Assembly: GCF_055900595.2 (NCBI RefSeq)
Contig: NZ_CM148325.1
Strand: one strand, 5' to 3'
Length of the DNA stretch: 64,000 nucleotides
The notes under the pieces are model-generated. The model was not told where the DNA came from, did not search any database, and saw nothing but the letters and a program-made list of their open reading frames with translations. Position 1 is the stretch's first letter, and every line of letters begins with the position of its first letter. Shown here in pieces: positions 52,137 through 64,000 of the stretch. The position numbers and the translations under genes are program-made.

Positions 52137-52835
52137 ATGAATAAAATCCTGTTAGTTGATGATGACCGAGAGCTGACTTCCCTGTTAAAGGAGCTGCTCG
52201 AGATGGAAGGCTTCAACGTGATTGTTGCCCACGATGGGGAGCAGGCGCTTGATCTTCTGGACGACAGCATTGATTTACTTTTGCTTGATGTCATGATGCC
52301 GAAGAAAAATGGTATCGACACATTAAAAGCACTTCGCCAGACACACCAGACGCCTGTCATTATGTTGACGGCGCGTGGCAGTGAACTTGATCGCGTTCTC
52401 GGCCTTGAGCTGGGCGCAGATGACTATCTCCCGAAACCGTTTAATGATCGTGAGCTGGTGGCACGTATTCGCGCGATCCTGCGCCGTTCGCACTGGAGCG
52501 AGCAACAGCAAAACAACGACAACGGTTCACCGACACTGGAAGTTGATGCCTTAGTGCTGAATCCAGGCCGTCAGGAAGCCAGCTTCGACGGGCAAACGCT
52601 GGAGTTAACCGGCACTGAGTTTACCCTGCTCTATTTGCTGGCACAGCATCTGGGTCAGGTGGTTTCCCGTGAGCATTTAAGCCAGGAAGTGCTGGGCAAA
52701 CGCCTGACGCCTTTCGACCGCGCTATCGATATGCACATTTCCAACCTGCGTCGTAAACTGCCGGATCGTAAAGATGGTCACCCGTGGTTTAAAACCTTGC
52801 GTGGTCGCGGCTATCTGATGGTTTCTGCTTCATGA
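52137..52835 (+). CDS. cpxR: Envelope stress response regulator CpxR (OmpR family)
   Basis: MNKILLVDDDRELTSLLKELLEMEGFNVIVAHDGEQAL… 232 aa. Confidence 0.95.
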   Translation: MNKILLVDDDRELTSLLKELLEMEGFNVIVAHDGEQALDLLDDSIDLLLLDVMMPKKNGIDTLKALRQTHQTPVIMLTARGSELDRVLGLELGADDYLPKPFNDRELVARIRAILRRSHWSEQQQNNDNGSPTLEVDALVLNPGRQEASFDGQTLELTGTEFTLLYLLAQHLGQVVSREHLSQEVLGKRLTPFDRAIDMHISNLRRKLPDRKDGHPWFKTLRGRGYLMVSAS

Positions 52836-54205
52836 TAGGCAGCTTAACCGCGCGCATCTTCGCCATCTTCTGGCTGACGCTGGCGCTGGTGTTGATGTTG
52901 GTTTTGATGTTACCCAAGCTCGATTCACGCCAGATGACCGAGCTTCTGGATAGCGAACAGCGTCAGGGGCTGATGATTGAGCAGCATGTCGAAGCGGAAC
53001 TGGCGAACGATCCGCCCAACGATTTAATGTGGTGGCGGCGTCTGTTCCGGGCGATTGATAAGTGGGCACCGCCAGGACAGCGTTTGTTATTGGTGACCAC
53101 CGAGGGCCGCGTGATCGGCGCTGAACGCAGCGAAATGCAGATCATTCGTAACTTTATTGGTCAGGCCGATAACGCCGATCATCCGCAAAAGAAAAAGTAT
53201 GGCCGCGTGGAACTGGTCGGTCCGTTCTCCGTGCGTGATGGCGAAGATAATTACCAACTGTATCTGATTCGTCCGGCCAGCAGTTCTCAATCCGATTTCA
53301 TTAACTTACTGTTTGACCGCCCGCTATTACTGCTGATTGTCACCATGCTGGTCAGTACGCCGCTGCTGTTGTGGTTGGCCTGGAGTCTGGCAAAACCGGC
53401 GCGTAAGCTGAAAAACGCGGCCGATGAAGTTGCCCAGGGAAACTTACGCCAGCACCCGGAACTTGAAGCGGGGCCACAGGAATTCCTTGCCGCTGGTGCC
53501 AGTTTTAACCAGATGGTCACCGCGCTGGAGCGCATGATGACCTCTCAGCAGCGTCTGCTTTCTGATATCTCTCACGAGCTGCGCACCCCGCTGACGCGTC
53601 TGCAACTGGGTACGGCGTTATTGCGCCGTCGTAGTGGTGAAAGCAAGGAACTGGAGCGTATTGAAACCGAAGCCCAGCGTCTGGACAGCATGATCAACGA
53701 CCTGTTGGTGATGTCACGTAATCAGCAGAAAAACGCGCTGGTGAGCGAGACATTGAAAGCCAACCAGTTGTGGAGCGAAGTGCTGGATAACGCGGCGTTC
53801 GAAGCCGAGCAGATGGGCAAGTCGTTTACAGTTAACTTCCCGCCGGGGCCGTGGCCGCTGTACGGCAACCCAAACGCCCTGGAAAGCGCGCTGGAAAACA
53901 TTGTTCGTAATGCTCTGCGTTATTCCCATACGAAGATCGAAGTAGGCTTCGCGGTAGACAAAGACGGTATCACCATTACGGTGGATGATGATGGTCCTGG
54001 CGTTAGCCCGGAAGATCGCGAGCAGATTTTCCGTCCGTTCTATCGCACCGATGAAGCGCGCGATCGTGAATCTGGCGGTACGGGCTTAGGGCTGGCGATT
54101 GTCGAAACAGCTATCCAGCAGCACCGTGGTTGGGTGAAGGCAGAAGACAGCCCGCTGGGCGGTTTGCGGCTGGTGATTTGGCTGCCGCTGTATAAGCGGA
54201 GTTAA
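52832..54205 (+). CDS. cpxA: Envelope stress sensor histidine kinase CpxA
   Basis: MIGSLTARIFAIFWLTLALVLMLVLMLP… H-box SHELRTPLTRL; 457 aa; start overlaps the cpxR stop. Confidence 0.95.
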   Translation: MIGSLTARIFAIFWLTLALVLMLVLMLPKLDSRQMTELLDSEQRQGLMIEQHVEAELANDPPNDLMWWRRLFRAIDKWAPPGQRLLLVTTEGRVIGAERSEMQIIRNFIGQADNADHPQKKKYGRVELVGPFSVRDGEDNYQLYLIRPASSSQSDFINLLFDRPLLLLIVTMLVSTPLLLWLAWSLAKPARKLKNAADEVAQGNLRQHPELEAGPQEFLAAGASFNQMVTALERMMTSQQRLLSDISHELRTPLTRLQLGTALLRRRSGESKELERIETEAQRLDSMINDLLVMSRNQQKNALVSETLKANQLWSEVLDNAAFEAEQMGKSFTVNFPPGPWPLYGNPNALESALENIVRNALRYSHTKIEVGFAVDKDGITITVDDDGPGVSPEDREQIFRPFYRTDEARDRESGGTGLGLAIVETAIQQHRGWVKAEDSPLGGLRLVIWLPLYKRS

Positions 54206-54212
54206 ACTCCGC

Positions 54213-54305
<93 letters not shown>

Positions 54306-54310
54306 GGGGG

Positions 54311-54985
54311 TTATTTTCCCCACAACCGCCGTGAAAAATCTTCAATCTTGCCGCTAAGTCGGCGCTTCTGCATCGTTCGCGTCCAGCTTTTCGATAGTCC
54401 GGCTGCGGAAAGCAAACGGTGATACTGCTCATCATCAAACGGCATATGCCATGCGATAGCAGCAGCCTCCTGCACGGTCACATCACTGACACGAGAAACC
54501 AACTCCAGCGGCGCATCAGCAGATACCAACCCTGGCGCAATCACGCTATACAACCACCCCACTTTACCCGTGTTTTGCATCAACTGCGCTATATCGCTGA
54601 TATCAAAATGGTAATTGAGTTTATAGCAAGGGGAGCGTGGCTGGCTGACCTGAATAAATGCCTCTCCCCAGCGGAAAATATCGCCAATATAAACATTACT
54701 TTCCGTCAGACCGTCGGTTGAGAGATTTTCGCCAAACGCAGGCGCAACAAACAACTCCGCCTGTTCCGGAAATTCCCGCGCCCAGTAGAGATAGTGCTCA
54801 CGAGGATAATGACACAGCGCTCTGTCTGGCCCGCCGTGAACCTTCTTCTCCACCTGCTCGTCACCTTCCAGCCCCAGCTCCGTCAGCATCAACTCACCAT
54901 CAACCTGGATTTTGGCAATTGCGCTGGGTTTGCCTTCGGGATAAGCCTGAATCTTGCCCGTGTATACATCAACCGGATATCGCAT
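54311..54985 (-). CDS. yiiM: MOSC-domain protein YiiM
   Basis: MRYPVDVYTGKIQAYPEGKPSAIAK… 224 aa; start trimmed relative to the ORF track. Confidence 0.8.
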   Translation of the reverse strand: MRYPVDVYTGKIQAYPEGKPSAIAKIQVDGELMLTELGLEGDEQVEKKVHGGPDRALCHYPREHYLYWAREFPEQAELFVAPAFGENLSTDGLTESNVYIGDIFRWGEAFIQVSQPRSPCYKLNYHFDISDIAQLMQNTGKVGWLYSVIAPGLVSADAPLELVSRVSDVTVQEAAAIAWHMPFDDEQYHRLLSAAGLSKSWTRTMQKRRLSGKIEDFSRRLWGK

Positions 54986-55133
54986 CTGTTCCCTCTCCAC
55001 GAGAAATTTCCCCATTAGACCATATTTATTTTATGTCAGGCGTGCTGTTTTCGCGGTATGTATCCAGGCAGGAGCTCAATCGCAAACCGGACGAACGTTA
55101 GTTCATCCGGCTGTGGGGATTAAGGAAGCAGGT

Positions 55134-56117
55134 TTATTTTACCGTGCCTAAAATTTCGATTTTCGCCACTCTGGCTTTGACTTTACGTGACCAGATAGAG
55201 GTAAGAATTGGCACCAGAATCGAAGTCACAATGACCGCCGTCGCGACCAGCGAAGTTGCTGCCGGAGCCATCGGTTTAAACGCAGGCACCATTTCAGCAA
55301 TCAGCACAGGTGTCGCTACCGCGGCCCCTGCGGAACTGGAAGCGGCAATTCCGGCAGTACCATCGCCACCGCCAATCAATTTATCGGCGATAATCAACGG
55401 AATACCGGTCACGATAATTACTGCCACACCCAACAGGATCCCCAGCAAACCTGTCTGGGCAATTACAGTCAAATCAATGGTATTGCCCAGCGCGAAGGCA
55501 AAGAATGGAATCAGCGTCTGCACCGCTTTGCTGAAAAATTCTCGTAATTCAGGGTCAAGGTTCCCAAGGGCAAAGCCCACCAGGAACGGTAATACTGCGC
55601 CGACGAAAACATGCGGTTCAAACGAGGCAATCCCGGCAGTGCCCAGAATAATCATCGTCATGAGCGGCCCGGACTCCAATGACATCAACACAAATGCCCC
55701 AGCTTCTTCTTTCGTACCGTACTGCTGCATGATGGAAGCGTAAAGTCCGCCGTTGGTCATATCCATCGCCGCCACCAGCGCCAGCGTTGAAAGTCCGGCA
55801 AAGAATCCAACTTCAACACCATGTTCCGGAATAATGCGCGAGGCAATTGCCGCAACCACCCACGCGACGGCAATTTTTGTTACCACCAGCGTACCGGATT
55901 TACGCAATACCGTTCCCGTCGCGCTTAATTTTATTGACGCCCCCATGCAAAAAAACCACACCGCCAGAATGGGCACCGTACCGGTAATCATCCCGTTGGT
56001 GAATGATCCAAAATATTTCCCCGCCCCCGGCGAGAAGGTGTGGCACAGTGCGCCAAGGAATAGCGGGACGAGCATCATCCCCCCCGGGATTTTTTCAATC
56101 GAGCGTTTTATCTGCAT
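55134..56117 (-). CDS. kdgT: 2-keto-3-deoxygluconate permease
   Basis: [42 protein letters not shown]… 327 aa. Confidence 0.9.
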   Translation of the reverse strand: MQIKRSIEKIPGGMMLVPLFLGALCHTFSPGAGKYFGSFTNGMITGTVPILAVWFFCMGASIKLSATGTVLRKSGTLVVTKIAVAWVVAAIASRIIPEHGVEVGFFAGLSTLALVAAMDMTNGGLYASIMQQYGTKEEAGAFVLMSLESGPLMTMIILGTAGIASFEPHVFVGAVLPFLVGFALGNLDPELREFFSKAVQTLIPFFAFALGNTIDLTVIAQTGLLGILLGVAVIIVTGIPLIIADKLIGGGDGTAGIAASSSAGAAVATPVLIAEMVPAFKPMAPAATSLVATAVIVTSILVPILTSIWSRKVKARVAKIEILGTVK

Positions 56118-56376
56118 TTCCATCACCTGTCGGCATATTTTTAAGGGCTGATGCGTAATTCCTCAACGGAGCATCAGTGTTGATGAAAACGAAGATAGAC
56201 ATTCATTTAATCAATAAAAGTGATCAAAACCACATCAATTGAAACACCGTTTTATTTTTATCGGATCATTGTTTTTATTTTGAAATTGATCACAAAAAAA
56301 CCACCGCCGTTGGCGATGGTTCATTTTTTAAGCTGATATGCGGCGTAAACGCCTCATTGCAGCAGGCGGCAAATGA

Positions 56377-56997
56377 TTATTTTTTCGCCGCGAAACGTGC
56401 CGCTGCTTCGTCCCAGTTCACCACGTTCCAGAACTCTTTGATGTAGTCAGGACGGCGGTTCTGGAATTTCAGGTAGTAAGCATGTTCCCACACATCCAGG
56501 CCCAGAATCGGGAAGCCGGAAGCGCCAGAAATAGCTTCACCCATCAGCGGGGAGTCCTGGTTAGCAGTAGAAACCACCGCCAGTTTATCGCCTTTCAGCA
56601 CCAGCCATGCCCAGCCGGAACCAAAGCGGGAAGCTGCCGCTTTCTCAAATTCTGCTTTGAAGTTATCAACGGAGCCGAAGTCACGTTCGATAGCCGCTTT
56701 CAGGTCACCCTGTAAGGTGGTGCCTTTTTTCAGACCTTTCCAGAACAGGCTGTGGTTAGCGTGACCGCCAGCGTTGTTGCGCAGTACGGTTTTCTTGTCT
56801 GCTGGCAGCTGGTCCAGTTTGGCGATCAGCTCTTCAACCGGCAGGTTGGCAAATTCTGGCAGGCTTTCCAGCGCCGCGTTGGCGTTGTTGACGTAGGTCT
56901 GATGGTGTTTGGTGTGGTGGATTTCCATGGTCTGCTTATCGAAGTGCGGTTCCAGGGCATCGTAAGCATACGGCAGGGATGGCAGGGTATAGCTCAT
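56377..56997 (-). CDS. sodA: Manganese superoxide dismutase
   Basis: [40 protein letters not shown]… 206 aa. Confidence 0.95.
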   Translation of the reverse strand: MSYTLPSLPYAYDALEPHFDKQTMEIHHTKHHQTYVNNANAALESLPEFANLPVEELIAKLDQLPADKKTVLRNNAGGHANHSLFWKGLKKGTTLQGDLKAAIERDFGSVDNFKAEFEKAAASRFGSGWAWLVLKGDKLAVVSTANQDSPLMGEAISGASGFPILGLDVWEHAYYLKFQNRRPDYIKEFWNVVNWDEAAARFAAKK

Positions 56998-57070
56998 ATT
57001 CATCTCCAGTATTGTCGGGCGGCCGATTGTTAATGCCGCGTAAGCAGTTGGTTCATTATAGTTAATTAAA

Positions 57071-57092
57071 TGATATTGAAAATGATTATCAA
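57071..57092. promoter_or_regulatory. Fur-box-like sequence in the sodA promoter region
   Basis: tgatattgaaaatgattatcaa resembles the GATAATGATAATCATTATC Fur consensus, about 75-95 bp upstream of sodA. Confidence 0.4.
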
Positions 57093-57281
57093 TGCCGTAC
57101 TTTTCGTAAGGGTATGGTTTTGCAGGAAAATGCCCGAGATGTGAAGCAAATCACCCACTTAATGCCGTGATTGCCAGTAAATCGACAACGGCGGCAACAG
57201 GCGAAAGGTTAATCGACAGCACGATTTTTACACTCATCTCGTCGGAGATGTGACGCGGCGAAAAATGATGAGGATAAGAAG

Positions 57282-58316
57282 ATGAGTAACGCGATTACGA
57301 TGGGGATATTTTGGCATTTGATCGGCGCGGCCAGTGCAGCCTGTTTTTACGCGCCGTTCAAAAAAGTAAAGAAATGGTCATGGGAAACCATGTGGTCAGT
57401 CGGTGGGATTGTTTCGTGGATTATTCTGCCGTGGGCCATCAGCGCCCTGTTACTACCGAATTTCTGGGCGTATTACAGCTCGTTTAGTCTCTCTACGCTG
57501 CTGCCTGTTTTTCTGTTCGGCGCTATGTGGGGGATCGGTAATATCAACTACGGCCTGACCATGCGTTATCTCGGCATGTCGATGGGAATTGGCATCGCCA
57601 TTGGCATTACGTTGATTGTCGGTACGCTGATGACGCCAATTATCAACGGCAATTTCGATGTTCTGATTAATACCGAAGGCGGACGCATGACGTTGCTCGG
57701 CGTTCTGGTGGCGCTGATTGGCGTAGGGATTGTAACTCGCGCCGGGCAGTTGAAAGAGCGCAAGATGGGCATAAAAGCCGAAGAGTTCAACCTGAAAAAA
57801 GGGCTGGTGCTGGCGGTGATGTGCGGCATTTTCTCTGCCGGGATGTCCTTTGCGATGAGCGCCGCAAAACCGATGCATGAAGCAGCTGCCGCACTGGGCG
57901 TCGATCCACTGTATGTCGCTCTGCCAAGCTATGTTGTCATCATGGGAGGCGGCGCGATCATCAACCTCGGTTTCTGCTTCATTCGTCTGGCAAAAGTGAA
58001 GGATTTGTCGCTAAAAGCCGACTTTTCACTGGCAAAACCGCTGATCATTCACAACGTGTTACTCTCGGCACTGGGCGGTTTGATGTGGTATCTGCAATTC
58101 TTTTTCTATGCCTGGGGCCACGCCCGCATTCCGGCGCAGTATGACTACATCAGCTGGATGCTGCATATGAGCTTCTATGTATTGTGCGGCGGTATCGTCG
58201 GGCTGGTGCTGAAAGAGTGGAACAATGCAGGTCGCCGTCCGGTAACGGTGTTGAGCCTCGGTTGTGTGGTGATTATTGTCGCCGCCAACATCGTCGGCAT
58301 GGGCATGGCGAATTAA
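57282..58316 (+). CDS. rhaT: L-rhamnose-proton symporter
   Basis: [51 protein letters not shown]… 344 aa. Confidence 0.9.
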   Translation: MSNAITMGIFWHLIGAASAACFYAPFKKVKKWSWETMWSVGGIVSWIILPWAISALLLPNFWAYYSSFSLSTLLPVFLFGAMWGIGNINYGLTMRYLGMSMGIGIAIGITLIVGTLMTPIINGNFDVLINTEGGRMTLLGVLVALIGVGIVTRAGQLKERKMGIKAEEFNLKKGLVLAVMCGIFSAGMSFAMSAAKPMHEAAAALGVDPLYVALPSYVVIMGGGAIINLGFCFIRLAKVKDLSLKADFSLAKPLIIHNVLLSALGGLMWYLQFFFYAWGHARIPAQYDYISWMLHMSFYVLCGGIVGLVLKEWNNAGRRPVTVLSLGCVVIIVAANIVGMGMAN

Positions 58317-59161
58317 TCTTTCTGCGAATTGAGATGACGCCACTGGCTGGGCGTCATCCCGGTTTCCCGGGTAAACACCACCGAAAAATAGTTACTATCT
58401 TCAAAGCCACATTCGGTTGAAATATCACTGATTAACAGGCGGCTATGCTGGAGAAGATATTGCGCATGACACACTCTGACCTGCCGCAGATATTGATTGA
58501 TGGTCATTCCAGTCTGCTGGCGAAATTGCTGACGCAAAACGCGCTCACTGCACGATGCCTCATCACAAAATTCATCCAGCGCAAAGGGACTTTTCAGGCT
58601 GGCCGCCAGCCGGGTAATCAGCTTATCCAGCAACGTTTCGCTGGATGTTGGCGGCAACGAATCACTGGTGTAACGATGGCGATTCAGCAACATCACCAAC
58701 TGCCCGAACAGCAACTCTGCCATTTCGTTAGCAAACGGCACATGCTGACTACTTTCATGCTCAAGCTGACCGATAACCTGCCGCGCCTGTGCCATCCCCA
58801 TGCTACCTAAGCGCCAGTGTGGTTGCCCTGCGCTGGCGCTAAATCCCGGAATCGCCCCCTGCCAGTCAAGATTCAGCGTCAGCCGCTCCGGGCAATAAAT
58901 AATATTCTGCAAAACCAGATCGTTAACGGAAGCGTAGGAGTGTTTATCGTCAGCATGAATGTAAAAGAGATCGCCACGGGTAATGCGATAAGGGCGATCG
59001 TTGAGTACATGCAGACCATTACCGCGCCAGACAATTACCAGCTCACAAAAATCATGTGTATGTTCAGCAAAGACATCTTGCGGATAACGGTCAGCCACAG
59101 CGACTGCCTGCTGGTCGCTGGCAAAAAAATCATCTTTGAGAAGTTTTAACTGATGCGCCAC
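58313..59161 (-). CDS. rhaR: AraC-family rhamnose regulator RhaR (start uncertain; ORF extends to 59326)
   Basis: C-terminal AraC HTH; start placed at the GTG giving [13 protein letters not shown]… (282 aa); a 312-aa form starting at 59251 is also possible. Confidence 0.8.
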   Translation of the reverse strand: MAHQLKLLKDDFFASDQQAVAVADRYPQDVFAEHTHDFCELVIVWRGNGLHVLNDRPYRITRGDLFYIHADDKHSYASVNDLVLQNIIYCPERLTLNLDWQGAIPGFSASAGQPHWRLGSMGMAQARQVIGQLEHESSQHVPFANEMAELLFGQLVMLLNRHRYTSDSLPPTSSETLLDKLITRLAASLKSPFALDEFCDEASCSERVLRQQFRQQTGMTINQYLRQVRVCHAQYLLQHSRLLISDISTECGFEDSNYFSVVFTRETGMTPSQWRHLNSQKD

Positions 59162-59234
59162 CGTGGCTACCTCGGCCAGAGAACGAAGTTGATTATTCGC
59201 AATATGGCGTACAAATACGTTGAGAAGATTCGCG

Positions 59235-60071
59235 TTATTGCAGAAAGCCATCCCGTCCCTGGCGAATATCACGCGGTGACCAGTTAAACTCTCGGCGAAA
59301 AAGCGTCGAAAAGTGGTTACTGTCACTAAATCCGCAGCGATAGGCGATGTCTGTAACGCTGGCCTCGCTGTGGCGTAGCAGATGTCGGGCTTTCATCAGT
59401 CGCAGGCGGTTCAGGTAACGCTGAGGCGTCAGTCCCGTTTTCTGCTTAAGCTGCCGATGTAGCGTACGCAGCGAAAGAGAAAATTGATCCGCCACGGCAT
59501 CCCAATTTACCTCATCGGCAAAATGGTCCTCCAGCCAGGCCAGAAGCAAGTTGAGACGTGATGCGCTGTTTTCCAGGTTCTCCTGCAAACTGCTTTTACG
59601 CAGCAAGAGCAGTAATTGCATAAACAAGATCTCGCGACTGGCGGTCGAGGGTAAATCATTTTCCCCTTCCTGCTGTTCCATCTGTGCAACCAGCTGTCGC
59701 ACCTGCTGCAACACGCTGTGGTTAACGCGCCAGTGAGACGGATACTGCCCATCCTGCTCTTGTGGCAGCAACTGATTCAGCCCGGCGAGAAACTGAAATC
59801 GATCCGGCGAGCGATACAGCACATTGGTCAGACACAGATTATCGGTATGTTCATACAGATGCCGATCATGATCGCGTACGAAACAGACAGTCCCACCGGT
59901 GATGGTATAGGGCTGCCCATTAAACACATGAATACCCGTGCCATGTTCGACAATCACAATTTCATGAAAATCATGATGATGTTCAGGAAAATCCGCCTGC
60001 GGGAGCCGGGGTTCTATCGCCACGGACGCGTTACCAGACGGAAAAAAATCCACACTATGTAATACGGTCAT
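59235..60071 (-). CDS. rhaS: AraC-family rhamnose regulator RhaS
   Basis: [44 protein letters not shown]… 278 aa. Confidence 0.9.
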   Translation of the reverse strand: MTVLHSVDFFPSGNASVAIEPRLPQADFPEHHHDFHEIVIVEHGTGIHVFNGQPYTITGGTVCFVRDHDRHLYEHTDNLCLTNVLYRSPDRFQFLAGLNQLLPQEQDGQYPSHWRVNHSVLQQVRQLVAQMEQQEGENDLPSTASREILFMQLLLLLRKSSLQENLENSASRLNLLLAWLEDHFADEVNWDAVADQFSLSLRTLHRQLKQKTGLTPQRYLNRLRLMKARHLLRHSEASVTDIAYRCGFSDSNHFSTLFRREFNWSPRDIRQGRDGFLQ

Positions 60072-60234
60072 ACAGGCCTCCTGATGTCGTCAACACGGCG
60101 AAATAGTAATCACGAGGTCAGGTTCTTACCTTAAATTTTCGACGAAAAACCACGTAAAAAACGTCGATTTTTCAAGATACAGCGTGAATTTTCAGGAAAT
60201 GCGGTAAGCATCACATCACCACAATTCAGCAAAT

Positions 60235-60250
60235 TGTGAACATCATCACG
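60235..60250. promoter_or_regulatory. CRP site in the rhaSR/rhaBAD divergent control region
   Basis: tgtga-acatca-tcacg near-consensus CRP palindrome upstream of rhaB. Confidence 0.55.
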
Positions 60251-60300
60251 TTCATCTTTCCCTGGTTGCCAATGGCCCATTTTCCTGTCAGTAACGAGAA
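60251..60300 (+). promoter_or_regulatory. Probable RhaS-binding region of the rhaBAD promoter
   Basis: Position between the CRP site and the rhaB -35 region; known architecture of PrhaBAD; half-sites not delimited by eye. Confidence 0.35.
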
Positions 60301-60325
60301 GGTCGCGAATTCAGGCGCTTTTTAG

Positions 60326-63084
<2,759 letters not shown>

Positions 63085-63085
63085 A

Positions 63086-63125
63086 CACTGCCGGATGCGG
63101 CGCGAGCGCCTTATCCGGCCTACGG
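63086..63125. repeat. REP element between rhaA and rhaD
   Basis: ctgccggatgcggcgcgagcgccttatccggcctac. Confidence 0.75.
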
Positions 63126-63166
63126 GTCGTGCATCCGACAACACCGAATTTACAGGAACACAGAAC

Positions 63167-63991
63167 ATGCAAAACATTACCCAGTCCTGGTTTGTCCAGG
63201 GAATGATCAAAGCCACCACCGACGCCTGGCTGAAAGGCTGGGACGAGCGCAATGGTGGTAACCTGACGCTGCGCCTGGATGACGCCGATATCGCACCGTA
63301 TCACGACAACTTTCATGCACAACCGCGCTATATCCCGCTCAGCCAGCCCATGCCTTTACTGGCAAATACACCGTTTATTGTCACCGGCTCCGGCAAATTC
63401 TTTCGTAACGTCCAGCTTGATCCTGCGGCTAACTTAGGCGTCGTAAAAGTCGACAGCGACGGCGCGGGCTACCACATTCTCTGGGGGCTAACTCACGAAG
63501 CCGTTCCAACCTCTGAACTTCCGGCTCACTTCCTTTCCCACTGCGAGCGCATTAAAGCCACCAACGGTAAAGATCGGGTGATCATGCACTGCCACGCCAC
63601 CAACCTGATCGCCCTTACCTACGTACTGGAAAACGACACCGCGCTCTTCACTCGCCAGCTTTGGGAAGGCAGCACCGAGTGTCTGGTAGTGTTCCCGGAT
63701 GGCGTCGGCATTTTGCCGTGGATGGTGCCCGGCACGGACGAAATCGGCCAGGCGACCGCACAGGAAATGCAAAAACATTCGCTGGTGTTGTGGCCCTTCC
63801 ACGGCGTCTTCGGCAGCGGTCCGACACTGGATGAAACATTCGGTTTAATCGACACCGCAGAAAAATCAGCACAAGTATTAGTGAAGGTTTATTCGATGGG
63901 CGGCATGAAACAGACCATCAGTCGTGAAGAGCTGATAGCACTCGGCCAGCGTTTCGGCGTTACACCACTTGCCAGTGCGCTGGCGCTGTAA
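63167..63991 (+). CDS. rhaD: Rhamnulose-1-phosphate aldolase
   Basis: [39 protein letters not shown]… 274 aa; the ORF track begins upstream inside the REP. Confidence 0.9.
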   Translation: MQNITQSWFVQGMIKATTDAWLKGWDERNGGNLTLRLDDADIAPYHDNFHAQPRYIPLSQPMPLLANTPFIVTGSGKFFRNVQLDPAANLGVVKVDSDGAGYHILWGLTHEAVPTSELPAHFLSHCERIKATNGKDRVIMHCHATNLIALTYVLENDTALFTRQLWEGSTECLVVFPDGVGILPWMVPGTDEIGQATAQEMQKHSLVLWPFHGVFGSGPTLDETFGLIDTAEKSAQVLVKVYSMGGMKQTISREELIALGQRFGVTPLASALAL

Positions 63992-64000
63992 GGAGCAAAT

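Noticed and set aside
55144-56151. Plus-strand ORFs (199 aa, 132 aa) overlapping kdgT
   Set aside because: Antisense to the kdgT permease gene; composition-driven open frames

Overview
The window is a contiguous Escherichia coli/Shigella-type chromosomal segment, colinear (in reversed orientation) with the K-12 backbone from eptC through the frw/pfl cryptic PTS cluster, ptsA-fsaB-gldA, yijFE, katG, metF, metLBJ, yiiX, rpmE, priA, cytR, ftsN, hslVU, menA, rraA, zapB, glpFKX, fpr, uspD, yiiSRQ, tpiA, cdh, sbp, pfkA, fieF, cpxPRA, yiiM, kdgT, sodA, rhaT, rhaRS to rhaBAD. Gene identities rest on reading the ORF translations against remembered K-12 proteins and gene order; no database search was run. 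Two segments are not explained by that backbone. (1) A roughly 7.4 kb, partly AT-rich island sits between the metF promoter and the metL terminator (about 17040-24610). It carries three paralogous signal-peptide-bearing UshA-like 5'-nucleotidase/metallophosphoesterase genes, a Tsx-like outer-membrane nucleoside channel gene, a Cys-rich IS1595/ISXO2-like transposase-like gene, and a perfect CRP palindrome. I read it as a candidate catabolite-controlled periplasmic nucleotide-scavenging module. (2) A roughly 0.9 kb AT-rich islet lies exactly between the rraA and zapB terminators (about 37981-38911) and encodes a 238-aa predicted 3-TM membrane protein with no motif I recognise. No rRNA, tRNA, CRISPR array, integrase or prophage structure was seen. 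Several REP/BIME clusters, intrinsic terminators and known operator sites are visible.
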